From Promethearchaeota archaeon (GTDB taxonomy: Archaea; Asgardarchaeota; Lokiarchaeia; Sigyniarchaeales; SOKP01): a stretch of 64,000 nucleotides of DNA. This document shows positions 19,740 to 29,903 of the stretch, one piece after another. Location of the stretch: NCBI GenBank assembly GCA_048939015.1, contig JBHLPW010000002.1, positions 1 to 64,000 of the forward strand, given 5' to 3'. Every line of letters begins with the position of its first letter. Positions within the stretch are counted from its first letter, which is position 1. The notes below the pieces were generated by a model that was not told the DNA's origin, searched no databases, and saw only the letters and a program-made list of their open reading frames with translations. The position numbers and the translations under genes are program-made.

Positions 19740-21698
19740 ATGAATGATCAAAGTATAATGGGAGAAGATAAACCAGAAGAGTTAAGGATTGCTGAGGACC
19801 TTTTTAATGAAAGTAAATACACAGAAGCTTTGAATGTTCTCAAAGAGTTTGAAGTAAAAGATAATATTCCAATTTACTACAGAGTCCATGGTTTACTACT
19901 TCAAGGCAGACTATTAATGTTTGTAGGAAAACACGAAGAATGTATCAAGATCTCTGAAAAAGCATATAATGAGAGTTTGGCGTTAGGTAATAATCTAATA
20001 ACAGTTGAAGCACTTAACCTAAGAGCGCTTGTATATAACTGGCAAGGAATATTAGATAAATCTGGTGAAATAATTAAAAAATCAGAAGAACTTTTTAATA
20101 CATTTACAAAAGAATCATCTGATAATTATATTCGAACAGAAGCTCAGCTAAATATGATTAAAGGATTTATATTATCTTTTAAGGATGCTGATAAAGGTTT
20201 AGAATTATTAAATTATAGCATATCTCAATGGGATAAATTAGATCTTCATCTAGGAAAAGCTATGACAATGATGTGCATTGGACTAATTTATAATCGTTCT
20301 AAAGGAGAAATTGACAAAGCTATAAGTTACTATGAACAAGGTTTAAGAATAGCGAAGAATCTTAACCAAAAATATGGCATTGCATTCCTATTAAATCATT
20401 TAGGGGGCTGTTATTTTAATAAAGGAGAAATTAATCGTTCTCTTTCCTTTTATCAAGAATCATTGAAATTGTATGAAGAAATTAATAATCAAACCTTTAG
20501 AGCAAACATATATTCTCAAATTGGCAATATATTTGGACAAAAAGGAAAATACGATGAAGCTTTTAAATATATAAAAAAAAGTATAAAAATTTACAGAGAT
20601 ATTGAAGAATTCTATGGATTACTCAATCCGCTTTCGATTGCTATCGAACTATCAGTATATAAAGGTAATATATCGCTAGCAAATGAATATTTAGACAAAT
20701 TAAAACTAATTAATGAACGTGTTAAAAACTGGTATATAGACTCAGTGGTAATTTATTCTGAGGCTTTTATACTCAAACAAAGCCCCCGAACGCGAGATAA
20801 AGCTAAAGCAGAAGAATTGTTATTAACGCTCTTAGAAAAGGTAAAGACATTTGGTTTTAAAATAGATATTTTAATTCAACTATGTGATCTTTATTTAGCT
20901 GAACTACAGAGCACTAATGATTTGGGAGTATTTAACGATATTAATCCTTTAATTAAAACACTTCTAGAAACAGCAAAGAAGTCCCATTCACATTTTATCC
21001 TTTGCGAAGCTTATTTACTACAAGCAAAACTCGCTCTAATAACTCTTAATGTGAAAGAAGCAAGGAAATTTTTGACCAAAGCTCAACAAATTGCAAATAA
21101 ATATGGACTGCAACAATTAGCTATTGAAATCTCAAATGAACATGATGAATTATTAAGACAATTACAAACATGGGAAAATTTGCGAAATTCTAATGCGCCT
21201 ATAGCTGAACGAATTAAAATCACACGTTTGGGAGATCAAATGAAAAGTATGATTCACAAGCATGTCGATGAATCACTGGAGGCGTTAGAGGAAAATCCGG
21301 TCATAATTTTAATAGCTTCAAAAGGAGGGACACCAATCTTCTCTAAATCGTTTGAAGAAGATTTTTCTTTTGAAGATCATCTTTGGAGTGGATTTTTAAC
21401 TGCATTCAATACTTTTAGTCATGAAATGCTTTCAGAGGGATTAGATCGCGCGAAATTTGGCGAATATACGCTTATAATGAAATCTGTAGCTCCTTTTTTA
21501 GTATTTTATTTATTTAAAGGACAGTCATATTTAGCTCAAAATAAAATGCAGAACTTTATTGATAAAATAAAAGATAATGAAGAGATTTGGATAACTTTTC
21601 AAAATTATTATAAGAGAAATCAAGAAGTTCAAATACACGATATTCCTCCTCTTGATGATCTACTTACTCAAACCTTTCTCCCTACATCACAACAGTAG
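19740..21698 (+). CDS. TPR-repeat protein with C-terminal longin-like domain (start may be GTG 19695)
   Basis: Multiple TPR units (e.g. LNHLGGCYFNKGEINRSLSFYQESL); C-terminal IILIASKGGTPIFSKSF...LWSGFLTAFNTFS. Confidence 0.8.
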   Translation: MNDQSIMGEDKPEELRIAEDLFNESKYTEALNVLKEFEVKDNIPIYYRVHGLLLQGRLLMFVGKHEECIKISEKAYNESLALGNNLITVEALNLRALVYNWQGILDKSGEIIKKSEELFNTFTKESSDNYIRTEAQLNMIKGFILSFKDADKGLELLNYSISQWDKLDLHLGKAMTMMCIGLIYNRSKGEIDKAISYYEQGLRIAKNLNQKYGIAFLLNHLGGCYFNKGEINRSLSFYQESLKLYEEINNQTFRANIYSQIGNIFGQKGKYDEAFKYIKKSIKIYRDIEEFYGLLNPLSIAIELSVYKGNISLANEYLDKLKLINERVKNWYIDSVVIYSEAFILKQSPRTRDKAKAEELLLTLLEKVKTFGFKIDILIQLCDLYLAELQSTNDLGVFNDINPLIKTLLETAKKSHSHFILCEAYLLQAKLALITLNVKEARKFLTKAQQIANKYGLQQLAIEISNEHDELLRQLQTWENLRNSNAPIAERIKITRLGDQMKSMIHKHVDESLEALEENPVIILIASKGGTPIFSKSFEEDFSFEDHLWSGFLTAFNTFSHEMLSEGLDRAKFGEYTLIMKSVAPFLVFYLFKGQSYLAQNKMQNFIDKIKDNEEIWITFQNYYKRNQEVQIHDIPPLDDLLTQTFLPTSQQ

Positions 21699-21786
21699 AA
21701 ATTATTTGAGACAAATTTTAAATACTACGTTAAATATTAATATTTTTTCCATTAGTGTTAATTATAGTAATATTTGAGGTTTTTCT

Positions 21787-22704
21787 TTGAAAACATTAAT
21801 AGTTGCTCTTGGTGGGAACGCTTTAATAAAGTTTGGAGAAGAAGGTACAACAGAAGAGCAATTCCGGAATTTAAGGGTTCCAATTAGTCAAATTGCTGAA
21901 TTAGCGAAAGACTATAACATCATTATAACTCATGGTAATGGCCCCCAAGTGGGAAATCTCCTATTACAACAAGAAGCAACCGAATTTGTATCAAAAAGAC
22001 CTTTACAGATACTTGTAGCAGAGACACAGGGGCAAATTGGTTTTATGATTGAAAGTACTTTAGATGAAGAGCTCATGAAGATAGGTATGGATGAAGAAAA
22101 ACTTTTTCTAACAGTTCTAACTTATGTAAAAGTGGACCCAGAAGATCCTGCTTTTAAAAATCCCACGAAACCGATTGGACCAGCATATCCTGTCCGTACA
22201 AGGCAAGGTCAAGTAAAAACAGCTAAAGGTTGGCGGCAAGTTGTTCCATCTCCTAAACCAAAAAAAATTTATCAATGGCGTGAAATAAAGAAGTTAATGG
22301 AATTAGGAAGTTGGATTGTTATTGCTTGTGGTGGAGGAGGCATTCCAGTGATAAAAGAAGAAAAAAGATTATATGGTGTAGAGGCAGTAATAGATAAAGA
22401 TCTTGCTAGTTCTAAATTAGCTGAACAAGTTGACGCGGATATTCTTCTTATTGCTACTGATGTTGAGAAAGTTGCTATAAATTACGGGAAATCTGATCAG
22501 AAAGATTTAGATAAATTATCGGTATCTAAGGCAAAAAAATACTTAAATGAAGGACAGTTTCCTTCTGGGAGTATGGGGCCTAAAATTCAAGCGGTTATAA
22601 ATTTCTTGGAAACAGGGGGAGAAAAAGCAATAATTACATCCATAGAAAAAATAAAAAAAGCATTAGAAGGAAAAGCTGGGACTCAAATAATTTTAGATAA
22701 TTAA
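21787..22704 (+). CDS. arcC: Carbamate kinase
   Basis: VALGGNAL, ITHGNGPQVG, PTKPIGP, GGGGIPV, VEAVIDKD and GSMGPK motifs. Confidence 0.95.
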   Translation: MKTLIVALGGNALIKFGEEGTTEEQFRNLRVPISQIAELAKDYNIIITHGNGPQVGNLLLQQEATEFVSKRPLQILVAETQGQIGFMIESTLDEELMKIGMDEEKLFLTVLTYVKVDPEDPAFKNPTKPIGPAYPVRTRQGQVKTAKGWRQVVPSPKPKKIYQWREIKKLMELGSWIVIACGGGGIPVIKEEKRLYGVEAVIDKDLASSKLAEQVDADILLIATDVEKVAINYGKSDQKDLDKLSVSKAKKYLNEGQFPSGSMGPKIQAVINFLETGGEKAIITSIEKIKKALEGKAGTQIILDN

Positions 22705-22706
22705 TT

Positions 22707-23969
22707 TTATTGTTTTACAAATACTTTATCAATAACTTCAATAGCCCAATCAATTTCTTCTCGTGTTATTACTAATGGAGGAGCAAATCGAATAATTGTA
22801 GAATGAGTGTCTTTTACTAAAATTCCATTATCTTTTAATTCTTCTACTATTTGTCTTGCATCTTCTGTAAATTCAACAGCAATTAATAATCCCTTTCCTC
22901 TTATCTCCTTAATTGGAATTTTAGTTCTTTTTTCACCAATCTCCCTTAATCTTTTTATGAAGTAAGCCCCCATTTCTTTTGCTCGTTCAGCAAGATTCTC
23001 TCTCAAGTGAATATCAATTGATTTCATTCCAACAGCCGCAGCGAGTGGATTACCACCAAATGTACTTCCATGAGTACCTGGAATAATTACATCTGGTCCG
23101 ATGATTTCCTTTGTGGTTACACACGCAGAAACTGGATACACACCACCTCCTAAAGCTTTACCAAGTAATATCATATCTGGTTTCACATTCTCATGATCAC
23201 ATGCGAAAAATTCTCCAGTTCTTCCAAACCCTGTTTGAATTTCATCTGAGATCATTAAAACATTATATTTTGTACAAATATCTCTTACTTTTTTTAAATA
23301 GCCTTCTGGAGGGACTTTAACACCAGCTTCTCCTTGTACAGGTTCAACCAAAAAAGCAGCTACTTTTTCAGGTCCAATTTCTAGTATAGTTTTTTCTAAT
23401 TCTTCAGCATCTCCATATGGGATAGTAATAAATCCTGGAGTAAACGGACCAAAATTGCCATAGTATCGACCCCCTGAAATATCAGAACTAAATCCTATAA
23501 TCGTAATAGTTCTTCCATGAAAATTTTCCCTACATACTATTATTTTAGCTTCATTCTTAGGTATCTTCTTCTTAATATATCCCCAAGCTCTTACTACTTT
23601 TATACCCGTAGAAACTGCTTCTGTCCCTGAATTCATTGGAAGCGACATTATTCCAGAGTTGTTCGGATCATTAATATGTGGTCCTACTACGTCAGCTATC
23701 ATTTTTAAAAATGGACCCATCATATCGTTATGAAAAGCACGAGAAGTCAATGTTACAATACTCGCTTGTTCTTTAAGAGTTGCTACGATTTCTGGATGAC
23801 AATGCCCTGCATTATGACATGAGTACGCTGACAAACAATCTAAATATTTATTTCCTTCTGGATCATAAACCCAAACTCTTTCAGCCCGAGAAATTACAAC
23901 GTCAATTGGATGATAATTATGAGCACCATATTTCTCAGCCATCTCAATTAATTCTTTCGAAGTTGGCAT
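22707..23969 (-). CDS. rocD: Ornithine aminotransferase (class III PLP enzyme)
   Basis: YGAHNYHP, LTSRAFHND, ENFHGRT, EPVQGEAG, DEIQTGFGRTG, LGKALGGG and HGSTFGGNPL motifs. Confidence 0.9.
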   Translation of the reverse strand: MPTSKELIEMAEKYGAHNYHPIDVVISRAERVWVYDPEGNKYLDCLSAYSCHNAGHCHPEIVATLKEQASIVTLTSRAFHNDMMGPFLKMIADVVGPHINDPNNSGIMSLPMNSGTEAVSTGIKVVRAWGYIKKKIPKNEAKIIVCRENFHGRTITIIGFSSDISGGRYYGNFGPFTPGFITIPYGDAEELEKTILEIGPEKVAAFLVEPVQGEAGVKVPPEGYLKKVRDICTKYNVLMISDEIQTGFGRTGEFFACDHENVKPDMILLGKALGGGVYPVSACVTTKEIIGPDVIIPGTHGSTFGGNPLAAAVGMKSIDIHLRENLAERAKEMGAYFIKRLREIGEKRTKIPIKEIRGKGLLIAVEFTEDARQIVEELKDNGILVKDTHSTIIRFAPPLVITREEIDWAIEVIDKVFVKQ

Positions 23970-24175
23970 TTTTTTTATATCTCTATTTTTATCTGGGAAA
24001 TTATAATATTAAATGAAAAGATTTATTAAAAGTTTAGATATTATTCTAATCCCATTGGGAAGATAGTGGGATTTTGCATGAATTGATTAATCAATTTTAT
24101 TTTAAAATAAAGGTGTATATATATACTATTATTAAAGATTACCAATTCAAATATTAAATTTTAAAAGATGGTTAA

Positions 24176-25597
24176 ATGTTTGATAAATTACAAACAATAA
24201 TCTCTAAATTGGAATTAAAAGGTGCCGATTTTGTTGATGCACGCTATGATGAGCTTTTAATCAGGACCATTATTAAAGATAATGAGCGAATTGAAGAATG
24301 TAAAGCAACCAAGAGGGCTGGAGTTGGATTTAATGTATATTATAAAGGTGCCACTGGTTATGCTTTTTCAGCAGATTTATCTAACCCAGCTATGGAAAAA
24401 GCTTCAGAAGATGCGTTAGGAATAGCAAAAGCTTGTTCTCATAATGTTAAGATCAAATCAGAAATTGATCCGCTAAACCCTATAGTTGATGTAAATTTAA
24501 AACCTAATATAAAAGAACCTGCTTGGTTAGTTGATTTAGATGAGAAAATTGACATACTTCAACGAATTGAAGATTCAGCAAAAGAAAATGGTGAAGCTAT
24601 AGTTTCATTTAAAGCTGCATATGGAGAATTATCTGGAGAAAAATTATTTACAAATTCAGAAGGAACAAAAATTAAATGGAATCCCTTTATTCTTGATTTG
24701 GTTTGTGTAATTACTAGTAAGACTCCTGAAGGAGCCTTGGTTAGTGCTATGGAGAGCAAAAATGGTTCAGTTGGCTTAGAATCCTATAAAAATAAAGGAT
24801 CCACACCTGAAGATATAGGTAAAAATGCTGCTTTGTGGACTAAAGAAAAAATGAAAGCAAAATCTGCACCAGCAGGAAAATTTAATGCCCTTTGTGAAAA
24901 TCTTTTGGTTGGTGTACTAGCTCATGAAAGTTTTGGACATTTAACTGAAGCAGATTTTATTGTTGCAAAATTGAGCCCTATTCACAACAAATTGGGAGAA
25001 ACTTTAGGGTCTGAGTATTGTACCATAATCGATGAAGGTGTACTTCCTCAGGATAAAAATTTGGGAAGTCTTTGGTTACCTTATGATGACGAAGGAGTTA
25101 AGACAAAACGTTCCGTTCTAATTGAAAAAGGAAAGCTAAAGGAATTTTTACATTCACGCTCAACTGCAAAACTATTGAATTGCAAACCAACTGGCAATGC
25201 AAGAGCAGTAAATTACACATTCGCTCCTATACCTAGAATGAAAAATACTTATTTTGCTCCAGGAGATTTATCTGAAGAAGAAGCATTGGAATTATTAGGA
25301 ACTGGAATTTATGCGATTAAAACTCATGGAGGAAGTGTTGAGGCAGATGGTTCATTTGTCTTTCAAGCAATTAGAGGATATTGGATTGAAAATGGTGAAA
25401 AAAAGTATCCCCTAAAAGATGTCGCATTATCCGGTAATATATTAAATCTATTAAAAAATGTTCGAGGAGCTACTAAAGATTTAGAAATATTTAGCGGATA
25501 TTTTGGAGGATGTGGAAAAGATGGACAATTTCCGTTACCTACTGGCATTGGTGGACCAAAATTAGTAATAGATAATATACGTTTTGGAGGTGAATAA
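24176..25597 (+). CDS. tldD: TldD metalloprotease
   Basis: HESFGH zinc motif, YDDEGV, TGNARA, PIPRMKNT, GCGKDGQ. Confidence 0.9.
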   Translation: MFDKLQTIISKLELKGADFVDARYDELLIRTIIKDNERIEECKATKRAGVGFNVYYKGATGYAFSADLSNPAMEKASEDALGIAKACSHNVKIKSEIDPLNPIVDVNLKPNIKEPAWLVDLDEKIDILQRIEDSAKENGEAIVSFKAAYGELSGEKLFTNSEGTKIKWNPFILDLVCVITSKTPEGALVSAMESKNGSVGLESYKNKGSTPEDIGKNAALWTKEKMKAKSAPAGKFNALCENLLVGVLAHESFGHLTEADFIVAKLSPIHNKLGETLGSEYCTIIDEGVLPQDKNLGSLWLPYDDEGVKTKRSVLIEKGKLKEFLHSRSTAKLLNCKPTGNARAVNYTFAPIPRMKNTYFAPGDLSEEEALELLGTGIYAIKTHGGSVEADGSFVFQAIRGYWIENGEKKYPLKDVALSGNILNLLKNVRGATKDLEIFSGYFGGCGKDGQFPLPTGIGGPKLVIDNIRFGGE

Positions 25598-25602
25598 ACA
25601 CT

Positions 25603-26976
25603 ATGTCTTTAGATTTTGATGATTGGGAATCTGATCTTCTTTCTCGAATTGACCGAGGTTTAAAGTTCGGAAGATCTCTTGGTACTGACGCTATTGAGCT
25701 TTATCTAACCAAATCACGCACACTCGATATTAAGTTGAAAGGTGGCATGATTGATGCTACTCAAGGAGGAAATATAGGAATAGGATGTCGTTGTTTGACA
25801 GGAAAGAGAGTTGGTTTTGCTACAGTCTCAGGAATTACAGATTCCGCTGTAAATTTCGCAATAGAATCTGCATTAAAAATATCTAAGGTACTTCCAAAAG
25901 AAGATGATCGATGGAAAAGTTTTGTTCAAACTTCAGATAAAGGGAAAAACGGAAAAATTGAAACTTCAGTACTTGAAATAGATAGTGAAGATATTGTTAA
26001 GGGAGCAAATTTAATTTTTGATGAAGCTAAAAATTATGATTCACGTATTTCTTCAATTGAAGGTATGATCTCAGTTGGTTATGGTGTCTTCGCTGTTGGA
26101 AATACAGAAGGATTATTAAAGTCAAGTAGAACAACTAAAGGTGAGATAGAAATCTATGTTATCGCAGCAGAAAATTCAAAAAACAAGACAGGAACAAGTT
26201 TTGTGTTAGGAAGAGGTGTCCCAAAATTTGAAGATATTGGAAAACAGGGAGCAGAAAAGGCAGTTAAATTATTAAATTCAAAACCTTTTGATAAAACTGC
26301 TCAAATGAATGTTATTTTAAACAATTTAGCAGCAGCGGAGTTTATAAATAGAGCTTTAATTAATAGTGTAAATGGTCAAAGTGTCATTGAAGGAAGGAGT
26401 ATTTTTGCGGAAAAGATTGGTGAAAAAGTTGGAACTTCTTCTTTAACAATTATTGATGATGGTCAAATGCCAGATGATCCAAATATGGTAGCTATTGATG
26501 ATGAGGGATACCCACGTAAATCAACTCAAATTTTAGATAAAGGAATCTTAAAAAGTTTCATTTTTGACCAATATTACAGTAATATTTATTCAACTAAGAG
26601 TACGGGAAATGCTAAAAGAAGAGGACCACAAACTTATGAATCATTACCTAAAATTGCTCCAAATACTATATATGTGATTCCAGGGAATCGAAATAAAACT
26701 GAATTAGCATCCGATATAAATAACGGTATACTCATAGAGGATGCTTTATTAGGTTTTCATACTGCTGATGTTGTTTCAGGAGATTTTTCTATTTTGGCAC
26801 CATATTGCTATAAAATTGAAAATGGAGAAATAACAAATCCATTGGAACCGGTTTCAGTAGCAGGTAATTTATATAAATCATTCGATCAAATAGTTGGTTT
26901 AGGAAATGAAAAAGAATTGACATCTTTTGGAAAAGTTCCTTCTATTGCGTTTAAAGGATTCACAATTACTGGCTAA
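25603..26976 (+). CDS. pmbA: TldE/PmbA partner subunit
   Basis: IDDEG, STGNA and SGDFS motifs, no HExxH; directly downstream of tldD. Confidence 0.87.
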   Translation: MSLDFDDWESDLLSRIDRGLKFGRSLGTDAIELYLTKSRTLDIKLKGGMIDATQGGNIGIGCRCLTGKRVGFATVSGITDSAVNFAIESALKISKVLPKEDDRWKSFVQTSDKGKNGKIETSVLEIDSEDIVKGANLIFDEAKNYDSRISSIEGMISVGYGVFAVGNTEGLLKSSRTTKGEIEIYVIAAENSKNKTGTSFVLGRGVPKFEDIGKQGAEKAVKLLNSKPFDKTAQMNVILNNLAAAEFINRALINSVNGQSVIEGRSIFAEKIGEKVGTSSLTIIDDGQMPDDPNMVAIDDEGYPRKSTQILDKGILKSFIFDQYYSNIYSTKSTGNAKRRGPQTYESLPKIAPNTIYVIPGNRNKTELASDINNGILIEDALLGFHTADVVSGDFSILAPYCYKIENGEITNPLEPVSVAGNLYKSFDQIVGLGNEKELTSFGKVPSIAFKGFTITG

Positions 26977-26980
26977 AATC

Positions 26981-28300
26981 ATGCAAAACAAATATATTAT
27001 AAATTTAATATTAGCAAATTTATTATGGGGTTTTATTCCCGTTATCGTGCAAAACTTATTTTTGGAAGTATCAATAATAATGGTTATTTTTTTAAGGTTT
27101 TTGATTTCTGGAGTTTTATTATTAATTCTAGCTATAATCCTAGTTCTTATTAATAATAAGTTCACACAAAATGAATCTATTTCACTTAAGTTTCTATTTA
27201 ATAATTTATTTCATAAAAATCGAAGGTTTTTTGATATAAGGAACATCTCCTATTATATTTACTTAGGATTCTTTGGGATAATTCTCAATATAATCTTTTT
27301 CTTTTTAACGCTCAAAACTACATCTATAACGTTCACAATGATTGGATTTCTATTAAGTGTGATTTTTATCGCGTTCTATGAAAAAGGGGTTAACTTTGAA
27401 AAGTTCGACATTTTTAAAGTACTCTATATTATACTCTTGTTTTTTACAATTATAATTTTTATATTTGTAGGAAGTATTGGAGCTGCATTAAAAGGTAGAC
27501 CTGTAATGTTAAATGGAATAATTTATTTGTTAACTTTTAGCGTTGCAATATCATTTCTTTATATTGTAATCAATAGGGATGCATATTCAGGAGAAGAGAC
27601 CAAAATTATAGAACAAAATCGAAATTATAAAATACCTCGATTTCTCTTAAAAATGTCCTTTTCATTTTTATTTGGAGTACTCTGTATGATTCCACTTGTT
27701 TTACTTATCTATATTATCCCGATAGAAACTGATTTAACTTATGAGATCTCAACATTTTTCATTCAATTTGGGAATATCTTTCAAATTTTAATTAGAGGGG
27801 ATATGATTTTTTTAATAATTTTTTCAACAATTATTCCATATCTATTAATTTTTATTGCGAATGTTAATTGGAAATCGGAGAATTTAACTTATAGTCAATG
27901 GAATAGTATATTAAATTTGATAGATCCTTTAGCTTCAATTTTATTTTCAGTATTATTTGTAAATGAGTACTTTCCTCCCGAATTATTAATTATTGTAATA
28001 TTTTTACTTGCGTTTACATTCGTAATAAGATATTCTCATGAAGTAAAAAATTTAGTTCAAGCAGTTCTATTATTATCATTGAAGAAAGGATCAATCAATA
28101 GAACGGCATTACGAGTTTTTAAATATTATGGAGTAAGTTCTACTTATGCTTTAGTAGGAGCTCACGATTTATTGTTAAACGTAAAAGTAAGTTCCATTAA
28201 AGATTTTTATAATTTAATTAATTTAAGATTAAAACCTTTAAGTGAAATTAAAGAAATTGAAATATTATTTATCAATAAAATTATCAAAATGCCAAGCTAA
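26981..28300 (+). CDS. EamA/DMT-like 10-TM transporter fused to a C-terminal Lrp/AsnC ligand-binding (RAM) domain
   Basis: ANLLWGFIP and IFLRFLISG DMT signature; C-terminal GVSSTYALVGAHDLLLNV RAM motif; ATG 26981 follows the pmbA stop. Confidence 0.7.
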   Translation: MQNKYIINLILANLLWGFIPVIVQNLFLEVSIIMVIFLRFLISGVLLLILAIILVLINNKFTQNESISLKFLFNNLFHKNRRFFDIRNISYYIYLGFFGIILNIIFFFLTLKTTSITFTMIGFLLSVIFIAFYEKGVNFEKFDIFKVLYIILLFFTIIIFIFVGSIGAALKGRPVMLNGIIYLLTFSVAISFLYIVINRDAYSGEETKIIEQNRNYKIPRFLLKMSFSFLFGVLCMIPLVLLIYIIPIETDLTYEISTFFIQFGNIFQILIRGDMIFLIIFSTIIPYLLIFIANVNWKSENLTYSQWNSILNLIDPLASILFSVLFVNEYFPPELLIIVIFLLAFTFVIRYSHEVKNLVQAVLLLSLKKGSINRTALRVFKYYGVSSTYALVGAHDLLLNVKVSSIKDFYNLINLRLKPLSEIKEIEILFINKIIKMPS

Positions 28301-28321
28301 TAAAGGAGGGATATATAAAAT

Positions 28322-28567
28322 ATGCCAATAAAAGCAATTATTCTGGGTAAGTTAGGAATTAGTGTAATAAAACCTGTAATTGAGGAACTTAAAAGTATTC
28401 CTCAAATAACAAAAGTAATGTCCTTAACGGGCGATTATGATGTGTTAGCAGAGATTGTTGTAGATACACCTGATGAGTTATATGAGATATTCGCAAATAA
28501 AATCGATATGATTGAAGGAATGACTGCTTCTAATACTCATATGGTTATGAAAGAATTCACAAAATAG
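28322..28567 (+). CDS. Stand-alone Lrp/AsnC ligand-binding (RAM) domain protein
   Basis: VMSLTGDYDVLAEI...IEGMTASNTHMV; no HTH; GGAGGG ribosome-binding site upstream. Confidence 0.85.
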   Translation: MPIKAIILGKLGISVIKPVIEELKSIPQITKVMSLTGDYDVLAEIVVDTPDELYEIFANKIDMIEGMTASNTHMVMKEFTK

Positions 28568-28579
28568 TTGTATTATGTG

Positions 28580-29863
28580 TTATAAATTATAATATTCCTT
28601 GAGTTCATCGCGAAAATTTGGATGTGCAATATTGATCAATAAATTAGCTCGTTCGCGAGTTGTCTTTCCACGTAAATTAGCAATTCCATATTCAGTTACG
28701 ACGTAATGAACATCATTACGTGAAGTGGTTATGCATGCTCCTTCATTTAATATTGGCACGATCCTACTAATTGTCATTTTTTTGTTTGTTGAGGGTAAAG
28801 CAATAATAGATTTGCCTCCTAGGGATAAACTTGAAGCACGAACAAAATCAACTTGTCCTCCTACACCAGAATATTGCTGATAACCGAGAGTATCTGCACA
28901 CACTTGACCAAATAGATCAACTTGTAGAGCAGAATTAATTGAAATCAGCTTATTAACTTTTCCGGCAATCATAACATTATTGGTATAGTCAACTGTATGC
29001 ATTTCCACTGATGGATTATCATCAACAAATCCATATAGCTTTTTTGTTCCCATTAGGAAGGTCGCAATAAATTTACCTGGATGTAAATTATTAAATTTAT
29101 TGGTAATAATTCCTTTCTCATAGAGATCGACGACACCATCAGAAAACATTTCAGTATGAATCCCTAAATCTCGTTTTTCTTTTAGAAACTTTAAAGCAGC
29201 ATCTGGGATCCCACCAATACCTAGCTGGAGATTTGCTTGGTCGGGAATTAATGAAGCAATATTATGGCCAATCTTTTCTTCAATTTCTGTAATTTTAGGA
29301 GGGGATAACTCAATTAAAGGTCTATCCGTTTCAACTATATAATCTATATCCGAGACGGAGATAGATTCACCGTGTGTCCTCGGCATTTGTTCATTTACTT
29401 CAGCAATTACAACTTTTGCGGATAAAGCTGCTTGTACAGTATAATCTACAGATACTCCAAAACTCATATAACCATTTTCATCTGGTGGAGCAAGTTGAAT
29501 TAATGCGACATCGACAGGCAATATATTATCTCTAAAAAGGCGTGGAATTTCCGAAAAATATACCGGACTATAATCGGCTCTTTTTTCCCTAATAGCTTGT
29601 CGAGTTCCTGCTCCTGCAAATAAAGAATTATGATGGAAATTTTTTCTCATTTCAGGTAAACAATATTGACATTCTCTCAACGGTACCATATGAACAATTT
29701 CTACTTTTTGAAGACGATCTTTTTGTCTTACTAATTCATCCACTAAAATATTCGGTTCTCCTGCAGCATGACCGAAAACCACCCTATTTCTTGAAGTTAT
29801 AGTTGAGATAGCTTTCTCTTTTGAAGTGACTTTATGTGAATATTCTTTTTTCCAATTTTTCAT
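28580..29863 (-). CDS. Acetyl-CoA hydrolase/4-hydroxybutyrate CoA-transferase family protein
   Basis: LQLGIGGIP, GIHTEMFSDG, SGVGGQVDF, VVTEYG and IAHPNFR motifs. Confidence 0.92.
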   Translation of the reverse strand: MKNWKKEYSHKVTSKEKAISTITSRNRVVFGHAAGEPNILVDELVRQKDRLQKVEIVHMVPLRECQYCLPEMRKNFHHNSLFAGAGTRQAIREKRADYSPVYFSEIPRLFRDNILPVDVALIQLAPPDENGYMSFGVSVDYTVQAALSAKVVIAEVNEQMPRTHGESISVSDIDYIVETDRPLIELSPPKITEIEEKIGHNIASLIPDQANLQLGIGGIPDAALKFLKEKRDLGIHTEMFSDGVVDLYEKGIITNKFNNLHPGKFIATFLMGTKKLYGFVDDNPSVEMHTVDYTNNVMIAGKVNKLISINSALQVDLFGQVCADTLGYQQYSGVGGQVDFVRASSLSLGGKSIIALPSTNKKMTISRIVPILNEGACITTSRNDVHYVVTEYGIANLRGKTTRERANLLINIAHPNFRDELKEYYNL

Positions 29864-29903
29864 ATTAAGTTCAATCTTATATTTTTATAGATATATCCAA
29901 AAC

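Noticed and set aside
24048-24073. Hairpin aatcccatt-N8-agtgggatt between divergent rocD and tldD
   Set aside because: It is a single short stem. It may be an operator, but there is no second copy and no nearby in-frame UGA gene to suggest a SECIS.
26927-26980. TTG start overlapping pmbA for the transporter gene
   Set aside because: ATG 26981, just after the pmbA stop, gives a normal DMT N-terminus.
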